NCBI GenBank assembly: GCA_000091205.1
Contig: AP006488.2
From: Cyanidioschyzon merolae
Taxonomy: Eukaryota
Length of the DNA stretch: 64,000 nt
Direction: 5' to 3' (one strand)
Every line of letters starts with the position of its first letter. Position 1 is the stretch's first letter. The notes under the pieces were generated by a model. That model was not told the origin of the DNA. It ran no database searches and saw only the letters and a program-made list of their open reading frames with translations. Made by a program: the position numbers and the translations under genes. Below, piece after piece: positions 11,572 through 22,526 of the stretch.

Positions 11572-13500
11572 ATGGCGAGTACTGGACCTGATTATTTGTT
11601 GTTTCTCGATATTCAGCGACTATTTGGGGATCGGGGTGCTTCTGAAGTCTTCCGTCTCGCGTGGCTGGTTGGTGATCGGCGCGCACGCGTTCTCGATGCC
11701 AAGCAGCTGTACGTGCGACCGGTCTCAGCTGCACTACGTCAGCGTCTGCGATCGCTCTTGCAGCCTTCGGATGCCGGGGCGGAGCGTATTGTAGAGGCAC
11801 TCGAGGCGGAGAGTGACAGGCGAGGCGTATATCCTGTACTCATCAGTAACGATATTGCAGTCATGTATAACTTAGTCGATGCAATCGAGGAGCTGGCCGC
11901 TTATTCGCGTCAAGCTTTTGTACAGTATGATCGTCGATTTGGGACCGTGGTCGCTAGCAAGGGAATTCTGATGCAGCTTGTACACGACTTGGAACAGCAG
12001 CTGCTCCAACAGGCGGCAGTAGGACCCGAATCCGAGACGGTCATTCGGAACTCGCTCGATTTGGTATTAGGGGACTACTACATATGTCCAGTGCGCAGCG
12101 CCGTCGGTGCAGATGCGTTTGCAGCCTGCCGAGAAATGCATACACGATTCGCCCAAGACGGAGGCATGTTTATCCCGGAACACTTTTCTTGGAATAGTGG
12201 ACTCATGCGATCGATGCCGCGAAACGGATACGCCTCGGGTACATTGCCATACATTGGAGCGGATATGATGGTGGGTGGCAGCTCATGGCCCGGAGCATTC
12301 ATGCCTGCACAAAGCGTGGCCATGGGCATTCCTGCGCAAATGCCACCCGTGAGGAGCCACCGAGATGCGCTTGGCATCGGAACGCCATTTGCCGGTGGCG
12401 AATTGCTGGGGACAGCAAGTACCGCTCGAGCACCACAGTCAGTGGTTATCCCGTCCTCGACCGCTAGTGCGGCAAGCACTGTAGCACCGGCAACACCGGT
12501 AGGCAGCGTCGTGCGCCTACGAGGCTTGCCATGGTCTGCGACTACGCGTGACGTTGCTGAATGGATTCGACAGCCGCCCGCGAAGGCCACGATGGGTGCA
12601 GACTCGTCCTTATTGGAGGATTTCATTCGCCGCCCGCTGCAGGTTCTCCCCGGAGGCATTGTGTTCGTCTACAATCACCAGGGGCGCAAAACTGGCGAGG
12701 TCTTCGTTCAGTTTGCCTCTCCAGAAGATGCCTCACGATGCCTCCACAAGCACGAGGATCGCATGGGCCATCGCTATATTGAAGTTTTCCTGTCATCACA
12801 CCAGGACATGTGGAATCTACTCAGCCGCTACGAGGCAAAAAGGGCCGCCCTCGGTCTAGGAGCAGCCGGGAGCCCCGCAGCAACCAGTGGGGCACAAGTA
12901 CGAAACGGTAACCGCACGGATCGTGAGCTGGGGTTGAGCCCAGCTAACGTATCCCAGCAAGCGAGCGCGGTAGCGATGGGTGTCCCGCTTCGTCAACCAG
13001 GCGACTGGACGCCAAGTTCGGCGACATTCCGGCCCGAGATGGTGTCGCACACACCACCGGAAGGGCTTGCGCCTGTCGTCCAGGCTGGAACTTCAGCATC
13101 TACTCGTGAAGGCCCCATGGACCTGATGTCGGCGACACAGTCTCCTTGTCTGCGTCTTTCGGGAGTCGATGCCACCGTCACAGAGCGTGACGTGCATCGT
13201 TTCATAGCCCCGTTCCAGCTGGATACCAGCCAAGGTGCAAGCATACTCGCTTGCTTCGCTGATCATGGGGTCAGAGTGCCTCCGGGGACCACAATCCCTC
13301 CGGTCTTCACGGTGCGCAACAGCACCGGTCAACCGAGTGGTGAATTCACCCTCGTTTTTCAAAACGTATCGGAGCGAGATCGAGCCCTTTGCAAGTCGGG
13401 GCAATTGCTGGGATCCCGTCCAGTCAAACTCTCCAGCATTTCTTGTTTCGAACTCGCTGCCGCCTTGGGTATACTTGGAATCACTAGAGCTGGGGTGTAA
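11572..13500 (+). CDS. hnRNP F/H / GRSF-like RNA-binding protein with three quasi-RRM domains
   Basis: VVRLRGLPWSATTRDVAEWI…GEVFVQFASPEDASRCLHKHEDRMGHRYIEVFLSS matches the qRRM signature of hnRNP H/F (RGLPW…RYIEVF.SS). There is a second RRM-like module near the C-terminus (CLRLSGVDATVTERDVHRFIAPF…EFTLVFQNVSERDRALCKSGQLLGSRPVKL). Confidence 0.75.
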   Translation: MASTGPDYLLFLDIQRLFGDRGASEVFRLAWLVGDRRARVLDAKQLYVRPVSAALRQRLRSLLQPSDAGAERIVEALEAESDRRGVYPVLISNDIAVMYNLVDAIEELAAYSRQAFVQYDRRFGTVVASKGILMQLVHDLEQQLLQQAAVGPESETVIRNSLDLVLGDYYICPVRSAVGADAFAACREMHTRFAQDGGMFIPEHFSWNSGLMRSMPRNGYASGTLPYIGADMMVGGSSWPGAFMPAQSVAMGIPAQMPPVRSHRDALGIGTPFAGGELLGTASTARAPQSVVIPSSTASAASTVAPATPVGSVVRLRGLPWSATTRDVAEWIRQPPAKATMGADSSLLEDFIRRPLQVLPGGIVFVYNHQGRKTGEVFVQFASPEDASRCLHKHEDRMGHRYIEVFLSSHQDMWNLLSRYEAKRAALGLGAAGSPAATSGAQVRNGNRTDRELGLSPANVSQQASAVAMGVPLRQPGDWTPSSATFRPEMVSHTPPEGLAPVVQAGTSASTREGPMDLMSATQSPCLRLSGVDATVTERDVHRFIAPFQLDTSQGASILACFADHGVRVPPGTTIPPVFTVRNSTGQPSGEFTLVFQNVSERDRALCKSGQLLGSRPVKLSSISCFELAAALGILGITRAGV

Positions 13501-14454
13501 ATGACACAACTGCTCGTGAAGACCACCACTAGATAAGCTCATAGTGCAGAGGAGCCCGCGCTTTTCGCTGGCTCGCCCAGCGACTTTATCTTGAGGCAGA
13601 GGTAGTTCACAGTTGAAGGGCTTCCTGGGAACCGAGAGCGGGAGCTCCAGATTCCCATCTTTTCCGGGTTTTGCGCTCTCGTTTGGACTCCATCCAGGGT
13701 AGGCAGTTGCACGTGTCCCGCGGAATCGACTGCGATGTACGGCGGCCTGTCCGCCGTGTTGCTTGACAGCAAAGGTTGAAGAAACGATGTTCATCTGCCT
13801 TCACTCTACACAGAAAACAGCTTCCTTTGAAAGCGGAGACCGGACAATATCTTGGAAATGGACCCTATACAAAACCCCGTAAACAGTGTAGCCAACAATG
13901 GCGACGCATCGACAATGGCACCCTTCCCCAGAAACCAGTTCCCGCAGATGCTGATCTGGCAACCTAGACCCGAGGCTGGTTTGAGGCACTGTTGCAGACG
14001 ATGTTTTTTTTTCTCGTTTGTGCGCATTTGCTACCCTTAGAGTCGGCACTGTTGGCTCACCGGTAACCGGCGAGTTTGATCAACTCGTGTGTCGCACAGA
14101 GCAGAAGCGCGCTTCTGACGTCATGAACGAGTGAAAAACTGTTTCGTATCGATGAAGTAGAATTCAAGTCCCCAAACAGCTTCCTTTTTGATATATGGAT
14201 ATGGGTACGAGCAGGGAAACGGACCCCAGCACCTCTGCAGACGCGCCCGAGTTCCAAGTGCCGTACACCTCTATGAAAGCTCGTCGCACCTGGTTCAGGG
14301 ACGGTGCCGTCGCAAACGCAAAACACACACGAGAGATTATCGAGACATAGCACATTTTCAGGGAGTCGCCAGCTCCTTTAGCTATCCTCGAGTCTTTATG
14401 GCGCAGTGCTTAAGAAGCGAACATGTTTCGCGAGCATAGGGAAAGTGAATATCC

Positions 14455-16165
14455 ATTCAGAGTCACCTACCAGCCTTTTTTGACCGGCTGCCTGCAACCG
14501 GTTTCAGCTTCTTCTTGTACACTTCGAGTATGACTGGCTACCCTAGGAATTTGGATCGCGTCAGCACCTTGGGGCTCTTCCTCAGAACCGCACATCTTCT
14601 GATATTGACAGCGGCGTTCCAGTCTCGGTTCACGACCTCCATGCGTTAGGTGCCACTGACGGAACGCACCAGTGCAGGGGGTCGTCGATGTCGCACCCTT
14701 GGTGCCCTTCTCGCTCTGTCAGCGCTCCGTGCTTTTCTATTGCCGGAGCGCTCCACTGACTCTTCCCGACCGCGACTCTCTGAAGTGTACACCCCAGCGC
14801 ATCCTTTGGATTGTGATTTCTTCAAATGAACGCTCTTGTTTATGCCTCTAGGTAAGGTCCGTTTCTGGAGAAGACGGACTTGCGGAAGAAAGACGACATC
14901 CACCCGGGCGTGACACTGTGTGCTGAAAGCTTCAGCGATTCGCCCAGTGGAGCGATCATCAGCTTGCAGGATAGAAAAGGCTCCTTCGATTCTGTTCAGC
15001 CACGGAGCGTACGGAGGAATGGAACGCAGCTCGAATCCGCGGCAGCATCGGCCAAAGCTCGAACGTATGCGACGTGGAGGAATACCACGTTCTCCCATAG
15101 AGGGATGCTACCAGGCGTCAGGGACAAAGGTCTTCAACAATTCGATAAAGTTGTTGCTGTAGTAGGAGCCTTCCCTACGAGCGAAACTGAGCACGCTACT
15201 GGAATCCGCTTCAGTTAGAACAGATGATGATATCCTCGTTCTCTTCGAATTCGATCGTTCATACAACGTGCGCCCTGCGCTGCGGATACCTGTAGATGCT
15301 CCGATCGTTTCGGCCGAAGCAAGTCTCATGGACTGAAACAACAACAAACCAGTACTACTCTGCTTCATACAGATCGCGACGCTCTAGAGACACTGCCGTT
15401 GCGACTTTGGTGCAAGATGGCCATGCATGAAATCGGACGGTTTGGCGACTGAATCGCTGTGTTTTCAGGACCACACAAACGAGATGTTGATAAGCAGCGA
15501 CGCCCATGGTGGCTTCTACCGTCGCTCCAGCTTCCCCTGAAATGATCAATCGGTCGTTTTCTACCATAGATCCGAAGCACGCTTTAAGAATGTCTTTTTT
15601 TAGCGCGGAGCGCATCCACTTGTTTGTCACTGTGTTCCCCAACCATCTGCGTACTGTGGCATGACTGACCAGAAAGAGGAACGCAGTCCTCGTTCTACTG
15701 TTCCGTACTAAATGCGTATCCAACGGGCAACTCGTCTACGATTGATTCAGTACATGGCATCCGGAATTCGATCTCCTGCTATATACCACATCTGAGGGTG
15801 AATCAAGATTGACTTGGGAGACTATGTTCATCGAACGAGTGCTGCAGAGCGTATCCATCGCTTGAACCGGTATTAGAGTTCGAATTTTTTGGAGATGTTT
15901 GTCTGATTGGATACGGCATCTCGGGTAGTTTCTAAAACCGGTTTATCGCTGCAGGTAATTCCAAAGTTTGGTACCTGTAATGCAGTTTCCTTCTCGTTGC
16001 GCGATGATTCCAGAGCGTAGGGCGCGGTGCATCGACCCCGTGAACCGCACGGTACGCCAACACTGTCCCGTTTCCGGATGACGCTCGATGCAGAATGCTT
16101 TCCTGCCCGGCACACGTACTGATCGAGCCTGCACTGGTCGGCAGAGCATCGGAATGGGGCTCATC
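14455..16165 (-). mobile_element. Degenerate Fanzor/TnpB-like element, copy B (pseudogenised; multiple short ORFs)
   Basis: The reverse complement of 14600-14640 encodes VVNRDWNAAVNI (RuvC-III). Region 14460-14620 has ~70% nucleotide identity to 9490-9650. The minus ORF 15355..15723 has …ENDRLIISGEAGATVEATMG…, collinear with the RuvC-I segment NDFVVGADPGSTNIITIA of copy A (catalytic D->E). The region is broken into 4+ ORFs by frameshifts and stops. Confidence 0.5.
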
Positions 16166-16626
16166 GTGAGCCCGCCGAGGAACTACGGTCCATACCTGAA
16201 ACCGATGTGGGGTTTTGCGTAACCGAAGATACTCTGTTCAGACGCATCGGTGCTGCAGCGGAGAGAAACGAGCAACCCGCGGGCTACAGGTTATACCTGT
16301 ACCCCAGCGAGTGAAGCACCGATCCCGGGGAATGCATCGAAGAAATGTGGCATTTATGTGCATTGCAACACTCAAGCACAAAACCCTCAAAGCTCCTTAG
16401 AACGCTACAATGTTGGCTGGCGTGTCGAACACATGTAACGCGGTAGCGCTGCAGCAGCTCGAAGACGCACCGTTGACTCGTGTTCGTTGATTATTCTAGC
16501 AAGCAGCTTACGAGCAGATCGATAAACGATTGTTAATCATCGCCGCTAGCATGACGCTTGCTGTTGAGCGGAACCGCGCGGAATCGACCTGCGCCCCGCA
16601 CGACGGTACTTTTTGTTCTGCCGCCA

Positions 16627-16645
16627 GTGTGTGTGTGTGTGTGTG
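16627..16645. repeat. (GT)n microsatellite
   Basis: gtgtgtgtgtgtgtgtgtg run. Confidence 0.9.
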
Positions 16646-16949
16646 CTTCCGTTGCGTACAGCTAGTTCGTGGTGCATCTGCGTTTCCGGGCTCCATCCTG
16701 TATGAGACTTGAGATTCCGAGTTCTCCTGCACGCGTCTGGGAACGACTGTGGGTGCAACACGCGGCGGGCGCCCCTATTTTGTACACTGCTCGTCGGAGC
16801 GAGCAGGGAAACCAGAGCGCAAGCCGGGCAGTATCGCATTCGCAAAAGGAATCCCGTAAACGCGAAACAACGTCAAACACTCGCAGATACCAGCGTATCT
16901 GTCGGTTCTAGTCGCTGCATACAACCAGTGTCCGGACACAAATACACAC

Positions 16950-18236
16950 CTATTCAATACGCCCGGGGTTTGCGTTACGACTCTTGTGCGCATCGCTCGT
17001 CGCCGATAACCGCTCTGGAAGCTGGTCCACATGAAATGGGAACATTTCGCCCTCTGCTATCGCTCGAATGCCTTCACGATAGCTGGGGTACCACAGATCT
17101 GCCGAGCCGCCCAGCAGGACTGCCTTTGCCGTGTGGTTGCGGATGCGCTTCTGGAGGCGGGATTCCGAAGAAATCGCGCTTAACTGACCCGTTCTGGACT
17201 GCGCTGCATAGTCCTCAACCTGAGCACGCGTCGCAGGTTCATTGTCCACCAGGTTGAAGACGCCCTTTGCTCTCTGTGCAACACCGCTGAGCAGGAGACG
17301 CGCAGCGTCGGCAACGTGTATTCGATTCACCAGCGTATCACGCGGTCGCCGCGATCCTTGCCTAGTTTCGCTGTGCTCGTGGTAGGCCAACATCGTGTCC
17401 AGGACACTGCGACGTGTCCATCCACGCTTGCCTCTTAGCGATGGTGGAATCGGACCGTATACGGCCCCAAGTCGGAAGCGGGCGAGTCGCACTTCCAGTC
17501 GATGTGCGAGCTCTCCTGCTCGCTGTTCAGCCTGCCAACATGCCGCTGCTTTCTCTGTGGATAAGTCGAGTGGAGCGCTTTCGTCGATCCAGGACTCTCC
17601 TCCAGGCGCATACAGACTCGTGCTCGACAGGAGACCTATCCACCGTAACGAGGGGAGGAGTCCGTCTCCGACTACGTGCTCCAACCAGGAAATCCATTCG
17701 CCGTGCACAAGTACGTGTGTGATCAATTTCAGGTGATCTGGCTCAACACATTGTGAAAGCGACAGGCAAACTCGATCTTGGAGCAGCAGGCGATAGTCAG
17801 CGACCTCCGAACCCTGACGATAACACGCAACGACGCTTTGTGGCAAGGCTGGAGCCGAGTCTTCCGCGCCTGAATGTGGCTGCGGGCTTGTTTCACAGTG
17901 CTTTCCGTGCACCCAAAGGCAAGCCACTGCAGTGGTAACATAGCCCAGAGGCACAATGAGTAGGCTTGTTGGCGAGGTCTCGCGCTCAGTGACGAGCCTC
18001 CACGAGCTGAGACGGGACGCGAGCCCAGGACGTTGCAATCTACTGAGCGCTCTCAAGGGAAAGCGGTGACCTGGTAAAGTCCTCGTCGGCTGCTGCACGA
18101 AAAGAAGAGCAGGGTATGGTCTACCACGCCTTTGAACAGTGGTTTTCGCGGTTTGCATCAGTACGGCAAACGTCGAGCGTTCTTGGGAACGAGTTGTTGC
18201 TGCGAGCGTATACACCCTTGACAGAATAAAGCGCAA
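16950..18236 (-). CDS. SDR39U1/YfcH-like NAD-dependent epimerase family protein (possibly degenerate)
   Basis: The C-terminal two-thirds is collinear with YfcH-type epimerases (…RLGAVYGPIPP…RIHVADAARLLLSGVAQRAKGVFNLVDNEPATRAQVEDYAAQ… vs WIHIDDMV…GPFNMVSP.PVRN.EFA.AL). The N-terminal GxxGxxG Rossmann motif is not recognisable (LLIVPLGYVTTAVA). Confidence 0.35.
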   Translation of the reverse strand: MRFILSRVYTLAATTRSQERSTFAVLMQTAKTTVQRRGRPYPALLFVQQPTRTLPGHRFPLRALSRLQRPGLASRLSSWRLVTERETSPTSLLIVPLGYVTTAVACLWVHGKHCETSPQPHSGAEDSAPALPQSVVACYRQGSEVADYRLLLQDRVCLSLSQCVEPDHLKLITHVLVHGEWISWLEHVVGDGLLPSLRWIGLLSSTSLYAPGGESWIDESAPLDLSTEKAAACWQAEQRAGELAHRLEVRLARFRLGAVYGPIPPSLRGKRGWTRRSVLDTMLAYHEHSETRQGSRRPRDTLVNRIHVADAARLLLSGVAQRAKGVFNLVDNEPATRAQVEDYAAQSRTGQLSAISSESRLQKRIRNHTAKAVLLGGSADLWYPSYREGIRAIAEGEMFPFHVDQLPERLSATSDAHKSRNANPGRIE

Positions 18237-20179
18237 AAGGACCTCTTAGCCAGCTCTGGTGGACACACCCAAGTGTGGAACTCTTCCAGCTATCATGAAA
18301 ACCAGCCTTTGCGGATTCTTTCTGCGACTGCTTCCCCTGCTACCGCTCATATGTCCGGCCAAGTGACGTCAGTCTCTGCATTCACACCTGCACGGCTTGC
18401 AGCACCCGACGAATATTCGCAGGAGTTTTCAAGTCCAGATTTGACCAGTTCCGACTCTCGTTGACGCATGTCATGAACTTTTGGAATTTGCGATTCATGT
18501 TTCGTCTGCCGTTCACAGCTTGTTTGTTTACAGCAACTGTGCATGATTCGCAGCCATGACATCTGATTGTGGTGAGGTGTTCTCCTATGCCAAGCACAGC
18601 TCCTCCTGTTCCTGTTCCTGTTCCTGTGAGGTCTCCCCTATCGCACGTGAACGCTTGCTCCGTCGCTCAGTGCATGCGAGTGACGGGTACAGAGGGCTCG
18701 TCACGATACTATACTCCCTTTTGCGCGTCTGCTACCGTACGCTGGGATCACGGGTTTCTTCTAGGCGACATCCTCAGGGGTTACGCTGCACGCTGTATGC
18801 CCAGGCATACGCTGGTCTATTTCACAGCGGATCTGTGGAACGCTGTGGTATCCATGACAGGAACAAGTACCGGAAGAATGATACAAGCGAGAGGCCGCTA
18901 AAATGAAAACCTTCTCTCCATGTACACTCCATTCATACAAAGCAGCGACGCACTCCACATTGAAAGCGCTCGTTACGATCACTCGAGTCCGAGCCCAGGA
19001 CCCTCATCCACGTAAACGGAAAAGACGCTCGCGCCCCTGCGAGCATACTCCGAGAAGGGCTTCATGCTGCTGTCTAATGCTGTGCCGTGGATGACGGCAA
19101 CGACAGATCGATTTGTCGCTCGAACTGCAAGGATTCTTTGATGTGACAAGTTTCGTGAGCTTGCGGCATACGCTTGTGAAGAGCCCGTAACGAAACGATA
19201 CCGAGTTATTCGTCCTCGTCAGTCGAGCGGCGCGTATCGCTGTGCCCACGAGTTGCCTTGAAACGTACAGATCAAAAACTTGGAGGATGCGTCATTGGGG
19301 CGTGCTTTTCTTAAAAAAACAGAAGCGTCAAGGCCGATCCCTCCGCCTTGGATACTGGTATCGATTATTTTACGAACCCCTGTTCCGGGGCGTCGCAAGC
19401 GATCGTAGGTCCGGTGACGAAGCGCACCCCGACGACAACACGTCGAAGGAGCCGCTTCCAAAACTACGACCGAGAATCCGAAACCTATGCATCCATCGGC
19501 AAGTGCATATGCCTGCGCTTTGTGTTTCTCGATGTTGCCCATTCGAAACCAGATTAGAGAAAACGAAAAGCCATGAAAAGCGCTAGCAATGCAGTGTTCC
19601 AGGTTCACCTAACACTGGTATAGAGGATGCCTGCACAACAGCGCTGATGCAAAGTTCGTACGGTATCCCAATTTTCCTCGCCATTGCCTGATGTATAAAA
19701 CGTGTTACCTGGATTAGAGTGAATGAGTGACACTTACCAGACGTCTTGCATTTCCAGGAAAAATGGCTTCTGGGAACGCACAACGCACCCTTCTGAGTGC
19801 CTGCAGCGTTCACGTTGATGCGTTCACATAACAAGTTGCAGGTTTCGCCTCAGCCGGTGACAGAATAGGGCGCAAACTCTTTTCCGTGCGGCGAAAGATG
19901 GGCACGCGTGCATCACCTGGGCACGAAGCATCCGAAACTGATGCATTCCACCAAAAAAAGTGTCACTGCAAAACTGTGCCGGTTTCACTGCGTCTCTGTG
20001 GCACAGTCGCTGTCCAGTTCGCAGGCTCGGGGGCGACGAGACCCGTGTTCTCTCGGAGGATACCCTGGACCGGCGCTGGCAGTCGAGACAACCCGGTAGG
20101 GGCTCTCTCGCCCAGAGACGCCTCGTAGATGCGGCGAGTTGCATCCAGTTGCAACAAGCGACTGTGGATCGCCGTCCGT

Positions 20180-22504
20180 CTAGGGAGCAACATTCAGCAG
20201 GAGACGCCACAGCGCATAGTTCGGCAGACCAATGAGCCCGGTCTCGCGGCGAATGCATTCAAGCATCTCGTAAAGCCGCTCTCGCGGGGCCTCCCGATCC
20301 GTAGAAACCGCTCGTTGTGAAAGCACGGCAAGAACAGTGGCCAGCACACGATAGCTTCCAGCGCTTGTGAAATAGACAGCGCTTCCTCGCTGCAGCACCG
20401 CTTCTGCTGTCGCCACAGCTTTCAAAAGCGCACCTTGATCTGTACCCGTTTCTGCGGCAAGTGACCCGTCATCGGGCCATTCTGCTGTCATCAAGAGGCG
20501 ATTGCTGGGCAATGGCACCAGAAGCAGACGAATGCCCAGGCGCGTCGCACTTACTTGGAGCTGTTCCCGCTCCGCTGGGTTTGTACAGTGGACACGTTCG
20601 TGTGGTAGAAAAACGATCACGAGTCCGAGTGACCGGTCGGTAGACGCGGCTACGAGTGAAACGAGCGTCGTTTGGAGCTGTGTCGCAGAGAGGAAGGGGC
20701 CCACAAGCACTGCAGGATTCACCGATAAGCTGATCAAGGTTGGCGTTGTTGCCGTACTCGGCGGCGAAACGATATCCTCGCATACCATCGTGTGATTCAG
20801 ACAAGTGGTTTCATCGCACAAACGTCGAAATCGTGTCGGTCGATGTTCGTACTGAATAGCGTCTTCTGCTTCCGATTCTATTGCGTAGATATATTCCACG
20901 TCATCCCACGGCGGTCGGACAATGCTGAGTTCCCAGGTATCGGGCTCCGAGGCCGCACGCTGTAAGGCCACAAGACCTGGTTGCGTCCATAGCCCCAGTT
21001 GATACACGTCGCCGGTGGCGTAGACTTTCTTGATCAAATGCTCGGGTTGAGCAGGAGCCACTGGCCTTTCGATATGCACGCGCAACTTGATCAACGTAAA
21101 AGCATCTTGCACTGCTTCAATGTAGTCGTGAACTCGAACCGGTTTGGAAGCACTCGAACGCGAGACCGAGCGAACTCGAGGACGAAAAGCATCCAACCAT
21201 GCGTTATCCGTTGAGGAGTGTCGCAGTATCGATTCAGCTGTGGTGATAGAGGCTGCGCCTGTGCGTTGCACGCTGTATGCAGGCACTTCAAATATTACTC
21301 GTGTTGCGCGTCGATCACCTAAACGGTCGTCGAGAAAGAAATATACGTAGCGAATGGATTCGCTGGTGAGTGCGCCCGTCGAAAACAGCGCTACAGTCAG
21401 GTAAAATGTGCGTCGCTGAACAGAGAATTCCAGCTTACGAGCGACGTTCAGATTCCAGCTTCCCAACTCCATCATGTTGCCTGTCATGCAAAGACTCAAG
21501 TGATTCGCAGCGGCTTCCATTTGTTGTAGCACGCTGTCGTCACACTGAACGGCAAAATGAATGCATACATGTCCGGGTGATGAGGTTCTCTCGGCAACAG
21601 CGGTATCCGTTTGTTGCGCTAGCACGCTGCTCGCCGGCATGTGTGCGGCTTTCTCTAGGAAAGGTGCTGCTGAGTGGTGTGCACCACCAGCACGCAACAC
21701 GGAAGCGCTGCTGGTGCTCTCTAGGAAAGGTGATGCTGAGTCGTGTACACCACCAGCATGCAACACGGAAGCGCTGCTGCTGCTGCTGTTGTTGTTGTTG
21801 TTGTCCGTCGCAGCAACGCGAGTATCGCATTCCGTTCGTGTGAGGGAAGGCAGCGGTTCCGCCTCCGCCTTTGGCGATGGGGTGACTCGACTCGCTGGCG
21901 GCGTCCGTAGCCTTACGTCCAAGCGAGGGTGCACGGTGTGCGCACTCATAGAGCACTGCTTCGACGCCAGCGCTGCCTCGATATGCTCTTTCTGTGACCG
22001 GGTTTGCAAGCGAGGACGCAGTGCAGAAGCGCCTGGCAAGACGTCCAGCTGGAGCACCAGCGCTGGCGCGAAGTATGTGCTTCTCTTGGGCAAAAACTGG
22101 CTAGAGACGGACTGCCATATCGACGCATAGCGGTTCTCAAGCGCAGCCAACCGAGCAAGCTTCCAGTTCGAGGCGGTTCCTTGGAAACAGTTTGGAACCT
22201 CAAGCGCTGTGAGTCGAAGCGTGCTCACTGCTTCAGGGTCCCTGGCAAGGAATCCAACACTCGGTACTCTCGCTTGTATAAGCCGCTCAAGTTCCAATGA
22301 ACCAGACGGCACTTGCCCTTCGTCCGGGCGTTTCAAGCTCTCTGACGCCGGTGTCAGGTTCCAGACTGCGTCGCGAGGCGATAGCCTCCGCTCGGAGACA
22401 CGGCAGGAAAGCCGTTGTTCCCATTCCAGTTTATGTGCTGAGAGGTCCGTACAGTCCAAGAAGACTCTCGTCCCGTAGTGGAACGGAGGTGCTGCAGTAG
22501 CCAT
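20180..22504 (-). CDS. Laforin-like protein: two CBM20-like starch-binding modules + C-terminal dual-specificity-phosphatase-like domain with Thr in place of catalytic Cys
   Basis: There are two segments with the CBM20 topology and key aromatics (VCIHFAVQCDD…MELGSWNL…FYLTVALFS…IRYVYFFLD; IKLRVHIERPV…YQLGLWTQ…DTWELSIVRPPWDDVEYIYAIE). The C-terminus has WPDDG(general-acid-like)…x30…AVYFTSAGSYRVLATVLAVL, which aligns to DSP VLVHCxAGxSRSxTxxxAYLM with C->T and H->F. The N-terminal 250 aa are low-complexity (poly-N/S, internal duplication). Confidence 0.45.
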   Translation of the reverse strand: MATAAPPFHYGTRVFLDCTDLSAHKLEWEQRLSCRVSERRLSPRDAVWNLTPASESLKRPDEGQVPSGSLELERLIQARVPSVGFLARDPEAVSTLRLTALEVPNCFQGTASNWKLARLAALENRYASIWQSVSSQFLPKRSTYFAPALVLQLDVLPGASALRPRLQTRSQKEHIEAALASKQCSMSAHTVHPRLDVRLRTPPASRVTPSPKAEAEPLPSLTRTECDTRVAATDNNNNNSSSSSASVLHAGGVHDSASPFLESTSSASVLRAGGAHHSAAPFLEKAAHMPASSVLAQQTDTAVAERTSSPGHVCIHFAVQCDDSVLQQMEAAANHLSLCMTGNMMELGSWNLNVARKLEFSVQRRTFYLTVALFSTGALTSESIRYVYFFLDDRLGDRRATRVIFEVPAYSVQRTGAASITTAESILRHSSTDNAWLDAFRPRVRSVSRSSASKPVRVHDYIEAVQDAFTLIKLRVHIERPVAPAQPEHLIKKVYATGDVYQLGLWTQPGLVALQRAASEPDTWELSIVRPPWDDVEYIYAIESEAEDAIQYEHRPTRFRRLCDETTCLNHTMVCEDIVSPPSTATTPTLISLSVNPAVLVGPFLSATQLQTTLVSLVAASTDRSLGLVIVFLPHERVHCTNPAEREQLQVSATRLGIRLLLVPLPSNRLLMTAEWPDDGSLAAETGTDQGALLKAVATAEAVLQRGSAVYFTSAGSYRVLATVLAVLSQRAVSTDREAPRERLYEMLECIRRETGLIGLPNYALWRLLLNVAP

Positions 22505-22526
22505 GCACTTTCAAAGGCGAGCACAC

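Noticed and set aside
15885-15898. Sm-site-like 'gaattttttgg' that might mark a U snRNA.
   Set aside because: No flanking conserved snRNA sequence/structure (no 5' splice-site-recognition or U2/U4/U5 loop motifs). It lies within degenerate transposon copy B.
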